A stretch of 64,000 nucleotides of DNA from contig CAVTHO010000005.1 in NCBI GenBank assembly GCA_963734545.1, positions 134,886 to 198,885 on the forward strand. The letters run 5' to 3'. This document shows, one piece after another, positions 9,494 through 17,948 of this stretch. The first letter of the stretch is position 1; every line of letters begins with the position of its first letter. The DNA comes from an uncultured Spirochaetota bacterium (GTDB lineage Bacteria; Spirochaetota; Spirochaetia; SZUA-6; Fen-1364). The translations under genes and the position numbers were made by a program. Below the pieces are notes generated by a model. It was not told the origin of the DNA and ran no database searches. It saw nothing but the letters and a program-made list of their open reading frames with translations.

Positions 9494-11653
9494 TTATTGC
9501 GGGGCGGCCTCCGCCCGGGCAAGAACGCCGTCGATCGCCGTCAGGATGGCCTTGAGCCGCTCGTTGCTCCCCGCATTTTCCATCTCGAATTGCAGAAGCT
9601 GCCGGGCCGCCTTTGGGGAGGGCTGCTTGGCAACACTCTCCAGGATCTGCTGCGCATCGGCGAGGGCGGCGGAAGAACCCGCGGTCTGTGTCGCGGCATA
9701 GAGAGCATTGACCCGCTCGGCGACGTCGGAGAAGAGCCGCCTCACCGAGTCGTCCCGCAGGAACTTGTTCAGCTCCTGCCGGGAAGCGGTGGTGGGGTCC
9801 TGGGGGTTCGACTGCCGGGCGGTCTTTTCCTGCTCCACGTATCGGGCATAGGTGGCGCGTGCCTGGTTGACCTGCCCCTCGAAGACGAGGAGCGCGTCGA
9901 GGCGCTTGTTGAGGTCCTGGCGGGTCGTGTTCACCCGGGCCGCCAGCGCGTCCAGCTCGGCCACGCGCTGCGTGCCGGCCTGGGCCTTTTCCGCCTGCAG
10001 CTGCGTGATCTGCGACTCGGCATCGGCAAGCTGCTTCTTCAGCTCATCTCCCTGGCTTGTGATGGCGTCCGTCACCTGCTGGTCGGCCGCGGGGCCGGCG
10101 GCACCCCGCAGGAACGCCTGGCGCTCGGCGGCGAGGTTGAGTCCTGCCTGCGCAGCCAGCGCATCCGTCCCCGCGCTCTTCCGTCCCGTGCGCGTGTATT
10201 CCGACATGCTGTAGCCGAGGACGAGCAGATCGGAGAGCAGCCGCGCCGTGTCCGGCTGGATCGATGGGGAGACATTCAAGGCAGCCTTGTAGCGGGCAAG
10301 GGCACCCGCGTAGTCGCCGGCCTTTACCAGCGCGACCGCGGCCTTCGTGTTTTCCTCGGTTTGATCGCGGAGCTGCTTCTGGAGATCCGCCACCGCGGCA
10401 TCAACGAGCGCGGCCGATGCTGTCTGCACCTCCGGCATGGCGCCAACGAGCTCACGGTACAGGTCGAGCCGCGCGGGCCCCGCCTGGCCTGCGGATGCCT
10501 GCTGGGAAAGGCTTCTCATCCTGCTGAGAAGCTCCAGGTCCGCGGTGAGCGTTTTTTCACCTGCAGCGGCCTGCGCCTTCAGGCGGTCTTCGAGCATCGT
10601 CCCGAGCTGGTTGAGCAGAAACACCTCCGTGCGCACCCGGTCGGCGAGCTGGGGCACCGCGCGGACGCTTCCCTGCTGGAGATAGGCCTGGAGTGAACGG
10701 ACCTGCGAGAGGGCCGCTTCCAGGTCCGCCGTTCCCAATGCGTCACGGATCCGCGCGACCTGGCCTTCGATCTGGTTCTCGACGGCCTGCACCTGCTCCT
10801 GCTTGCTGGTCAGCCCGGCCAGCTCGCGCTGCGCCGCCTCGAGGTTGACCGAGGTCTGCGCCCGCAGACGGTCGAGCACCTGGGTCTTCTGCTGGAGCTG
10901 GACCTGCAGCGTCACTTCGCGTTTCTGGTAGTCCGAGACGATCTGCTTCCGCTCCTGCTCGAGCTGCTGCAGCCGGGTCCCATATTCCGTGCGCAGACGG
11001 GTGATGTCCGCCTGGAGCTGCGCGCGCTCCGCTTCGAGCTGCTTGCGGTATTGCGCGAGCTGGCGCTCGTAGTACGCCTTGCGCTCGGCCTCGAACTTGG
11101 CCATGCGCGCTTCGATGTCGTCCTTGCGGATCCCCTCGGAGGTGAGGCGGGCCCGTTCGACGTCGACATCCTGCTTCAGCTGCTGGCGCAGCTCGTCTTC
11201 CCTCTGCTTCAGCTTCCGGGTGAAATTCTCCTCAAGGGTTCTCTGCTCTCCCTCGAGCTCGCGGACCTTGGTCTTGATCTCCTCGATCTCCTTCTCCTTG
11301 GAGGTGAGGAGCTGCCGGGATTCCTGGCGGAGCTCACGAATGAGCTTTCCTTCGATGCTCGCATACTGGGTGACCTGGTTCTGCACGTGACGCTCGTCAC
11401 GCCGGAAGACGACGCTCAAGATGAGTATGGCGGCCGCGACGGCCACCAGGGCTGCCGCGTTGACGATAGAGGGAAGGAGCACGCCCCGTCGGGCGGACTC
11501 GAGGGAGAATTGCGCCGCTTCCACGGGGATCCGGTTCTCCGTGGCCACCTTCTCGATGTGCGAACGGATCTCTTCGCGTTCGGGGGCGCTGATGCCCGCT
11601 TCATTTTCCAGGGTCGGAAAGTCCTGCTCGTTTTCGGCCATCCCGCGTCCCAT
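9494..11653 (-). CDS. Membrane-anchored long coiled-coil protein (about 720 aa)
   Basis: Track ORF 9494..12121. ATG 11653 (or 11641) follows AAAGGAGAGGAGGGGG. Short N-terminal region, TM helix LLPSIVNAAALVAVAAAILILSVVF, then about 640 aa rich in E/Q/R/L/A heptad-like sequence. Confidence 0.75.
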   Translation of the reverse strand: MGRGMAENEQDFPTLENEAGISAPEREEIRSHIEKVATENRIPVEAAQFSLESARRGVLLPSIVNAAALVAVAAAILILSVVFRRDERHVQNQVTQYASIEGKLIRELRQESRQLLTSKEKEIEEIKTKVRELEGEQRTLEENFTRKLKQREDELRQQLKQDVDVERARLTSEGIRKDDIEARMAKFEAERKAYYERQLAQYRKQLEAERAQLQADITRLRTEYGTRLQQLEQERKQIVSDYQKREVTLQVQLQQKTQVLDRLRAQTSVNLEAAQRELAGLTSKQEQVQAVENQIEGQVARIRDALGTADLEAALSQVRSLQAYLQQGSVRAVPQLADRVRTEVFLLNQLGTMLEDRLKAQAAAGEKTLTADLELLSRMRSLSQQASAGQAGPARLDLYRELVGAMPEVQTASAALVDAAVADLQKQLRDQTEENTKAAVALVKAGDYAGALARYKAALNVSPSIQPDTARLLSDLLVLGYSMSEYTRTGRKSAGTDALAAQAGLNLAAERQAFLRGAAGPAADQQVTDAITSQGDELKKQLADAESQITQLQAEKAQAGTQRVAELDALAARVNTTRQDLNKRLDALLVFEGQVNQARATYARYVEQEKTARQSNPQDPTTASRQELNKFLRDDSVRRLFSDVAERVNALYAATQTAGSSAALADAQQILESVAKQPSPKAARQLLQFEMENAGSNERLKAILTAIDGVLARAEAAPQ

Positions 11654-11749
11654 CCCCCTCCTCTCCTTTGTACCCCAATCTGTCGGGAGAGTCAAATCGA
11701 CTTTGCGCGGTTGTGAAATACGCCCGGAAAGGGTAAACTCTCGCCTGAC

Positions 11750-12205
11750 ATGAGGCGCGTCTGGCTCGCTATCATTGCACTGCTGTGTCTTGGCGCCGTG
11801 AACCTTCAGGCCCAGTATGGTCTCGTCCTCCACACCGCGGTGAGCGAAGACCGCCTGAGCGTGGGAGCGTCGATCCGCCTGCTCGGCGTTGCAGCCGGCA
11901 GCCTGCGGCCGGAAATCGGCGCGGAAGAAGCGCGGGCAACTCTCACGCGGCTTGGCATCAAGCTGCCCAGGGATTCCGATGACAGTCCCATCACCTTCGG
12001 CAACTTCGCCTTTCTGCTCTGCCAGCTCTTCGACCTTCGGGGCGGCGTGATGTACGGGTTGTTCCCGGGGCCCCGCGCCGCTTTCAATGAGCTTGTGGTC
12101 CGGGGCCTGCTGCCGGCACATGCCCGGCCGGGTGCCCCGATCAGCGGGCCGGACGCCCTGCTCGTGCTGCGCCGTTTCATTCAGCCCCGTGGAGAAAGCC
12201 AGTGA
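11750..12205 (+). CDS. Secreted hypothetical protein (151 aa)
   Basis: Signal peptide MRRVWLAIIALLCLGAVNLQAQ. Divergent from the coiled-coil gene. Its stop overlaps the next start by 4 nt. Confidence 0.6.
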   Translation: MRRVWLAIIALLCLGAVNLQAQYGLVLHTAVSEDRLSVGASIRLLGVAAGSLRPEIGAEEARATLTRLGIKLPRDSDDSPITFGNFAFLLCQLFDLRGGVMYGLFPGPRAAFNELVVRGLLPAHARPGAPISGPDALLVLRRFIQPRGESQ

Positions 12206-13482
12206 TGGCGCTCCGGAAGGTCCCGCGGCTGCAATCGAGATTCCTCATTCTGGTGCTCTTCGTCATTCCTTTGTTCGGCGCGCACGCGCAGTCGCCGGTG
12301 ACCTTTTCATGGAAGGCGGACCTGGCGACGGCAAACACGCTGAGCGATTTGGGTGACGGGCCGGCCGTGGACATGCTGGATTCGGCCTCCCTGGGCTTTG
12401 AGCTGGATCATGGACTCGGCCGCGGCATCATGAGCTATCGGCTGGGCGGCCAGATCCAGTATGCGCCCCAGAGGATAGCGGCAGGCGCGCCTGCGGTTTC
12501 CGCCCTCACGGGCTATCCGCTGGAATCAGGGCTGAGCTACGAGCTTCCGCCGCTGAACCTCCTCGGGCTGTGGTTTCGTGCCGGGCTCGGGCGTCTGGAC
12601 CTGGAGGAGCCCACGGGCCTGCTCCTCGACGACCCTGCCGCCGTGCACGAGAGCCAGCTTGTGGATGGTCTTCTCCTCGAGTTCCGGTATCACTGGTTCT
12701 ACGGGTCCCTGGGCGCCGGATATCTCGGCCTGCTCGACAGGCGGCTGAACAGGGTCCGATTCACGCCGCAGGACTTCATCGAGCTGGACGACGCATCGCA
12801 GTACTTCGCTCCGCCCCGGGGCCTGGCGGTGCTTCGGCTCGAAGCTGAAGATCTGTTCGCCGGTCAGAGCTTCGGGCTGTTCGGCATCGGCCAGAAGGAC
12901 TTTCGCGATACTGGGTCGAAGCTCGACAGCTGGTACGCGGGAACGGCGGTGCGCGGACCGATCGCCCTCGGTTTCCGCCATACCACGAGCATGGTCCTGG
13001 CGATAGTGGTGCCTTCTCCCGGCACGCCGGGTGCAGGGCTTCTCCTGTCCTCTCAGGTGGCCTACCGGCTGCCGGGGAATATTCTTCATGAAGCCTGGTT
13101 CTCCCTGCTCTGGGCGAGCAGCGACGGGGGAGGGCTTGCCGAATTCCCCGCGCTTGCCGGTCCCGCGGTGAGCACAGGCTTTCCCGTCCCTCTGAGCGAC
13201 ATTGTTCGCCTCGAGCTGGGCATCGACACCACCTTTGCAGTTCCTCCGGCCGTCACGCCGCTCGGCCTGGCGTTCACGAGCCAGCTTCTTCTCAAGCCGA
13301 GCGGGCAGGTGCCGCCGGGATTCTCGTTCAGGACGGCAGGCTCCTTTATGGGCACGGAGCTTGGGCTCACCGCCCGGTACGAGCCGATCCAGGGACTGCG
13401 CTTCGACGCGCGGGCCGGCACGCTCATCACCCTCTCCGGCCCGTTTGTCTCCGTGCGCCTGGAAGGCAGGGTGAGCCTATGA
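12202..13482 (+). CDS. Secreted hypothetical protein, possible outer-membrane beta-barrel
   Basis: 426-aa ORF. Signal LILVLFVIPLFGAHAQS. Alternating hydrophobic, G/Y/F-rich strands throughout. 4-nt overlaps with both neighbouring genes. Confidence 0.6.
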   Translation: MMALRKVPRLQSRFLILVLFVIPLFGAHAQSPVTFSWKADLATANTLSDLGDGPAVDMLDSASLGFELDHGLGRGIMSYRLGGQIQYAPQRIAAGAPAVSALTGYPLESGLSYELPPLNLLGLWFRAGLGRLDLEEPTGLLLDDPAAVHESQLVDGLLLEFRYHWFYGSLGAGYLGLLDRRLNRVRFTPQDFIELDDASQYFAPPRGLAVLRLEAEDLFAGQSFGLFGIGQKDFRDTGSKLDSWYAGTAVRGPIALGFRHTTSMVLAIVVPSPGTPGAGLLLSSQVAYRLPGNILHEAWFSLLWASSDGGGLAEFPALAGPAVSTGFPVPLSDIVRLELGIDTTFAVPPAVTPLGLAFTSQLLLKPSGQVPPGFSFRTAGSFMGTELGLTARYEPIQGLRFDARAGTLITLSGPFVSVRLEGRVSL

Positions 13483-14024
13483 GCACGTGTTTCAGGCTGC
13501 GGCATCCGGGCTGGATGCTGGTCCTCGCGCTCCTGGCGGGCGCCACGTCCTTGGTGGAGGGCCAGGCCCTCGAGGTGCAGCAGTCGAGCGGATTCGTCGA
13601 AACGCTTCTTCCGGACCTCGGTTGGCGCCAGGCGGTCCTCGGGCGGCAGCTGCCCCCCGACGCAGTAGTGACATCCTGGCTCGGTGCCAGCGCCCGGCTC
13701 ACTTATGGCGGGAGCGTGGTCACCCTCGGGCCGCTCAGCCATCTTCGGATTCTGTCCGTGGGGAAAGACCTCGTGAGGCTGTCCCTGGAGGCAGGAACCG
13801 TCACGGTGGAGTCCTCTACGCCGGCGTGCGAGATAGAGTTCCGCGGGCTGATGGTGCGGATGGAACAGGGCAATGTCACCCTGACCGACGGCGTGCTCAG
13901 CGTGAAGGCGGGCACCGCGTCGCTGCAGGGGGCCCAGGACAAGCCCCTCACGTTCGGCCCGGGAAGCACCTTCTCGCTTCTCACCCGGTCCACCGGTCCG
14001 GTTTTCAAAGGCGACTACCGATAG
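13479..14024 (+). CDS. Secreted FecR-domain-like protein
   Basis: 181-aa ORF with a signal peptide. Pattern SARLTYGGSVVTLGPLSHLRILSVG...LSLEAGTVTVES resembles FecR sensor domains. Confidence 0.55.
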   Translation: MSTCFRLRHPGWMLVLALLAGATSLVEGQALEVQQSSGFVETLLPDLGWRQAVLGRQLPPDAVVTSWLGASARLTYGGSVVTLGPLSHLRILSVGKDLVRLSLEAGTVTVESSTPACEIEFRGLMVRMEQGNVTLTDGVLSVKAGTASLQGAQDKPLTFGPGSTFSLLTRSTGPVFKGDYR

Positions 14025-14101
14025 TCATCCGGCTGCCGCGCCCGTGTGTCGGGCTGGAGCGGCGCGTTTTTCGCGCGCCGAATCCGCGAAGCCGATAAAG
14101 G

Positions 14102-14129
14102 TTGACAAATCCCTGCCATGGTATAAAAA
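14102..14129 (+). promoter_or_regulatory. Possible promoter of the 14.1-18.8 kb operon
   Basis: TTGACA (14102-14107), 16-nt spacer, TAAAAA (14124-14129). TATAAA at 14122 would leave only a 14-nt spacer. The call is weak because the predicted start would be almost leaderless for ATG 14138. Confidence 0.3.
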
Positions 14130-14137
14130 GGGATCTG

Positions 14138-14809
14138 ATGCCCGTCAAAAATCCGTTCCTCCTCTACCTGCGCTCACGGCTGAACTCCGTCCTCTCCATC
14201 TCGGCCGCGTCCCTGGTGCTGCTGTCACTTCTCTTCCTGAGGCCCCATGCGCTGGTTCCCATTTCCGTGATCCTTCTGGCGTACGTCGCTCTCACCTTCG
14301 CTCTCTTCTTTTCCCGCAGAGGGGCCCGGGAGGTTGTTGCCGAGAGTGAAGAGGACAGGCTGAAGAAGATCCGGCAGAAGATAGACGCTCTTGCAGAAAC
14401 CCGGGAGCGTGTTGCGGTCCTCAGGATCGGAGACCACCGCATGGCCAAAGCGATCGAGTACTTCCTCCAGGAGTCGGGCTCCTACCTGGAGAAGTGCCGG
14501 GAGCTCTCCCGCTACTCGCCTCTTGCCAACGAGCGCATCGAGCGTGTCCTGGAAATCTGCCAGGTTTTTCTGGGCGAGCGTGACGAGGCCGCCACTGCCA
14601 GGAGATACGACGTGTCCGCCGAGAGCGGTCTTCCCGCGCGCGACATGCCCGCTGAACCAGGCGGGGCGGCAGCGGACCCAGGGGAACAGCTCGCCAGGGA
14701 CATCACGGACTGCGCCGGGGTCATCAGGGAACGTATGACCGAGGACCTGCTCGGCCTGAGCGGAGAAGCCCGCCTCGCAATCATGAAAGAACTGGAAAAC
14801 AACAAATGA
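14138..14809 (+). CDS. Hypothetical membrane protein (two TM helices plus helical cytoplasmic domain)
   Basis: Track ORF 14102..14809. ATG 14138 follows AAGGGA. TM segments LSISAASLVLLSLLFL and ISVILLAYVALTFALFF. The stop overlaps the next ATG as ATGA. Confidence 0.65.
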   Translation: MPVKNPFLLYLRSRLNSVLSISAASLVLLSLLFLRPHALVPISVILLAYVALTFALFFSRRGAREVVAESEEDRLKKIRQKIDALAETRERVAVLRIGDHRMAKAIEYFLQESGSYLEKCRELSRYSPLANERIERVLEICQVFLGERDEAATARRYDVSAESGLPARDMPAEPGGAAADPGEQLARDITDCAGVIRERMTEDLLGLSGEARLAIMKELENNK

Positions 14810-16458
14810 AAAGAAGAGCTCTGATCGGCGTTCTCATTTTCTGCGCGGCCTCCTGGGCGGCATCCGGTCTCAGCGTCGTGCTGGAGAGCGTGGAGACGGA
14901 CGTGGTGGTCCGGCCGGACGGCAAGGCTGATTTCTTTGAAAGCCTGGCATGGCAGGCCACGGGCGGGCAGATGCACGGTTTCTATTTTGAGGGCGCTGCC
15001 GTGCGGCCCGTGTTCAACCTCGACCAGTGCTATGCCGACCTTGCCGGCAATGTGCGCGTCGGCCTGGCTATCCGGGACCTGGGCGGCGGCAGGTACGACG
15101 TGGTTCTGGCAGGCGGCCGCGGGTTCACGGGCGCCGCAATGTACTTTCTCGCCTATGGCGGGGACCTGGCCGGACCGAAGCTCATCGGCCTGACCAAATC
15201 CGCCGACTTCGGGGAGCTTTTCTATTTCGACTGGGCGCCCGAGCAGTGGGACCAGCCCCTGGATCACCGCACGATCAGGATCGAGCTCCCCATTCCCGTG
15301 AGCGGTCAGACAGTCGGGCAGGACGTGCTCACGCAGGCAGGATTCCGGACCGAGCCGTACGTGAATCAGCAGAACAGCATTGACGCTTTCGGCTCGAAAG
15401 GCGCGGACGGCAGGTACTACCTCACCCTGAGGTTCAATCAGCAGAACGTGCGCGCGAAGCAGGCGCAGAGACTCCAGTTTTACCTCAAGCGGTCCGCCGT
15501 ACCCATGCAGGAGGGGGTTCTCACGGAAAGCACCACGTCGGGAGGCACCGTCTCGACGACCGGAACGCAGCCTCTGGCGGAACCGACCACGACCGAACCC
15601 GTCCCCGCGGCCCCGCGGATGCAGGCCGGCCCTGTCGCAACGGCCGTGACGCTCGGCGTGCTCCTTGCCCTGGTCATCCTCCTGTACTGGCTCAAGGCCA
15701 GGGGATACGGCCGCACACTGGAAAAAGTGGAAGGCATCCGCTGGGCCGGGGACAACTGGATCCCGCCCAGGCTCTTCGCGGGCACCTATCAGGTCAAGGG
15801 CAAGATCGCCGAAGACCTGCACCCGGTGGAGGTCGCGCTCCTTCTGGAAATGCCGCTGCAGAAAGTGGTGGCCATCATGCTGGAAGGTCTCAAGCGCCAG
15901 GGCATCATCGAAGTGGTGAAGGAGGATCCGCTCGAGATAAGGATTCTCACCGCAGCGAAAGGCGGAAAGCGAGTACGAGGAGCTGTTCCTCCAGTCATTC
16001 GACACGCGGGGTCTGGTGCTCTCGGGCGTTCTTGCCGATTTCTTCGAAAAGGTGCTCGCAAAGCTCCAGGAGAAGATCTGGGACTGCGACAGCGACGCCA
16101 CCAGGGAATACTACAGAAAGAAGCTCGAACAGAGGGTGGAGACCGAGCAGGACCGGGTCCAACCCTACTACTGGTACTGGTCGTCGTACCGATGGATCTA
16201 CTGGAACACGGCGGTCTACTCGCAGGTGCACCTGCCGCCGGATTTCTCCGCGGGCTACCAGGCACTTCATGGCCTCCGCGTCCTGCTTCAAGGGATGCTT
16301 TCGCCCCGGCGCAGGCCACGACGGGCGGCGTCAACGCCTGCTACTCCGCGTGCCACAACGCCTGCCATTCGGCATGTCACCAGGCCTGCCACTCGGCATG
16401 CCATTCCGCCTGCCACTCGGCATGCCACTCGGCGTGCGTGTCGGGGGGCGCGCATTGA
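14806..16458 (+). CDS. DUF2207-like single-pass membrane protein with cytoplasmic C-terminal CXXX-repeat (Cys/His/Ser) tail (about three frame breaks in this assembly)
   Basis: Signal peptide, then an N-terminal domain with a DUF2207-like pattern (VETDVVVRPDGKADFFESLAWQATGGQMHGFYFEG, FYFDWAPEQWDQPLDHRTIRIELP). TM helix VATAVTLGVLLALVILLYWL followed by KARGYGR. Frame path by codon bias and sequence sense: frame 1 to about 15961, frame 2 (AESEYEELFLQSFDTRGLVLSGVLADFFEKV...YWYWSSYRWIYWNTAVYSQVHLPPDFSAGYQ) to about 16262, frame 0 (HFMASASCFKGCFRPGAGHD) to about 16325, then frame 1 (GGVNACYSACHNACHSACHQACHSACHSACHSACHSACVSGGAH, stop 16456-16458). Confidence 0.7.
   Translation: MKRRALIGVLIFCAASWAASGLSVVLESVETDVVVRPDGKADFFESLAWQATGGQMHGFYFEGAAVRPVFNLDQCYADLAGNVRVGLAIRDLGGGRYDVVLAGGRGFTGAAMYFLAYGGDLAGPKLIGLTKSADFGELFYFDWAPEQWDQPLDHRTIRIELPIPVSGQTVGQDVLTQAGFRTEPYVNQQNSIDAFGSKGADGRYYLTLRFNQQNVRAKQAQRLQFYLKRSAVPMQEGVLTESTTSGGTVSTTGTQPLAEPTTTEPVPAAPRMQAGPVATAVTLGVLLALVILLYWLKARGYGRTLEKVEGIRWAGDNWIPPRLFAGTYQVKGKIAEDLHPVEVALLLEMPLQKVVAIMLEGLKRQGIIEVVKEDPLEIRILTAAKGGKRVRGAVPPVIRHAGSGALGRSCRFLRKGARKAPGEDLGLRQRRHQGILQKEARTEGGDRAGPGPTLLLVLVVVPMDLLEHGGLLAGAPAAGFLRGLPGTSWPPRPASRDAFAPAQATTGGVNACYSACHNACHSACHQACHSACHSACHSACHSACVSGGAH
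16336..16443 (+). repeat. Nine tandem 12-nt units (24-nt super-period) encoding the (A-C-H/Y/V-S/N/Q) CXXX repeat
   Basis: Units: gcctgctactcc gcgtgccacaac gcctgccattcg gcatgtcaccag gcctgccactcg gcatgccattcc gcctgccactcg gcatgccactcg gcgtgcgtgtcg. GC3 strongly favours the Cys/His/Ser reading frame. Confidence 0.9.
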
Positions 16459-16530
16459 AAAGATCGGCAGGGCAGATACGGTCGCCGGGCCCGGGCATCG
16501 TCTCCGACATTCCGCGGTCCGCTCGCTGGG

Positions 16531-17948
16531 ATGGATCGACGAGTTTTTCCGGGAAGCCAGGGACCATATCTTTGCCCGCGAGGAGGACGGGGTCGTCATC
16601 CTGCCTCCCAACCAGGTGTACAAGGCAAACTCCACCGGCATCGCCATTGTCACGCACATGTGCGCCGGGGGGAAGGCGGCTTCGATCCCGGGGATCGCGC
16701 AGGAAGACCGCGCGCGGCAGGTCGCGGCCTTCGTTTCCGACATTCGCGCGCTCTACCTCGGCCAGCCCGCCGAAGGCGGCCGCGCGCCGTATGAAGATGT
16801 GCCCTACACTTTCCAGTACACGAGACTGCCGATCCTCGGCGAGATCGCCGTGACCTATCGATGCAACAATGCCTGTGTCTTCTGCTACGCGGGCTGCGGG
16901 ACGCAGGACACCGGGCTGCGGGACGCAGGACCCGGGCTGCGGGACCCCGAATACCGTCCACGGCGTCGGGTGCGCGGGCACGGTTCGAGCGGTGACCGGT
17001 GGCGACGCGCGGGAAATGAGCCTTGCGGAGATCGAGAAGGTCATCCACGTATTCAAGGACGATGCGAAGATCCCCTTCTTCTCATTCACGGGCGGGGAGC
17101 CGCTCCTGCGCGAGGACCTCGAGGACATGATCCGGCTTGCACGACGCGCGGGGCTGCAGGTGAATCTCATTACCAACGGCACGCGGGCGGACCGCCGCAG
17201 GGCGCGCAGCCTTTTCAAGGCAGGGCTTCGCACGGCGCAGGTGAGCGTGGAAAGCCTCGACCCGGAAACCCACGACCTTCTCACGGCGAGGCCGGGGTCC
17301 TTTCCGAAGACGCTGGAGGGCATTCGCTGTCTGCAGGCGGCGGGCATCTCGGTGCAGACGAACACCACAATGACCGCGGTCAATTCGCCCGACGCCCCGC
17401 GCATGCCGGCATTCCTGAAAAGCCTGGGAGTGACCAGGTTTGCCATGAATCTCTATCTGCCGGTGTGCGCGCCGCGCACCGGGTGCGGGGACCCCGGCCA
17501 TCCCCGGGTCGATGCGCTGTTCATTCCGTACACGCGCGCCGGGGCCATCATCGAGAGCGTGCGCATGGCCGCGCGGGCACAGAAGATGACGTTCTACTGG
17601 TACTCCCCCATCCCGCACTGCCACTACAACACGATTGCCCGCGGCCTTGGAAACAAGTCCTGCGCCGCAATGGACGGCCTCCTGTCCGTGTCCCCGACCG
17701 GAGACGTTCTTCCCTGCTCGTCCTTCCCTGAGCCGATGGGCAACCTGCTCTCGCAGGGCTTTCGCGAGATCTGGTTCTCTCCCCGGGCAGGATACTTCAA
17801 GAACAAGCGCTACGCGCCCGCCGAATGCGAAGGGTGCCCGAGCTTCACGGCCTGTCAGGCGGCCTGCCCCCTGTACTGGCGCTACGCGGGGACATCGGAG
17901 ATTCGCAATCGGGTGCCGATTGTCCAGGAGAATGTCGCATGGAAATGA
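16531..17948 (+). CDS. Radical SAM / SPASM-domain enzyme with PqqD-like (RRE-type) N-terminal domain (frame break at 16911-16915; start uncertain)
   Basis: N-terminal part lies in the frame of track ORF 16016 (IDEFFREARDHIFAREEDGVVILPPNQVYKANSTGIAIVTHMCAGGK...). CX3CX2C motif is CNNACVFC. The rest lies in track ORF 16869..17948 (FSFTGGEPLLRED, LITNGT). SPASM motif CX2CX5CX3C is CEGCPSFTACQAAC, with upstream Cys in GNKSCAAMDG..VLPCS. The only nearby ATG (16531) is one base out of frame. Confidence 0.75.
16890..16953 (+). repeat. Tandem 22/21/21-nt repeat encoding three GCGTQD(T/P)-type heptads just after the radical SAM Cys motif
   Basis: cgggctgcgggacgcaggacac (16890-16911), cgggctgcgggacgcaggacc (16912-16932), cgggctgcgggaccccgaatac (16933-). 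The 22-nt first unit breaks the frame. Confidence 0.85.

Noticed and set aside
14061-14085. Possible terminator hairpin after the FecR-like gene (cggcgcg-tttttcg-cgcgccg)
   Set aside because: The stem is short, and the T run is in the loop rather than after the stem.
16336-16443. CRISPR array or His-Xaa-Ser (Hxs) repeat system
   Set aside because: The 12-nt units are contiguous with no spacers and lie in a coding frame, so this is not CRISPR. The peptide repeat is C-H-S-A (Cys every fourth residue), not the H-x-S repeat of HxsA, and only one radical SAM gene is present.
16192-16458. Stand-alone 88-aa precursor peptide gene (ATG 16192 in frame 1) carrying the CXXX repeat
   Set aside because: It is possible in principle. 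However, its first 35 codons have poor codon bias and read as shadow sequence (MDLLEHGGLLAGAPAAGFLRGLPGTSWPPRP). Frames 2 and 0 over the same DNA read as a sensible continuation of the membrane protein. I therefore favour a tethered tail. I keep this as the main alternative, to be tested with corrected sequence.
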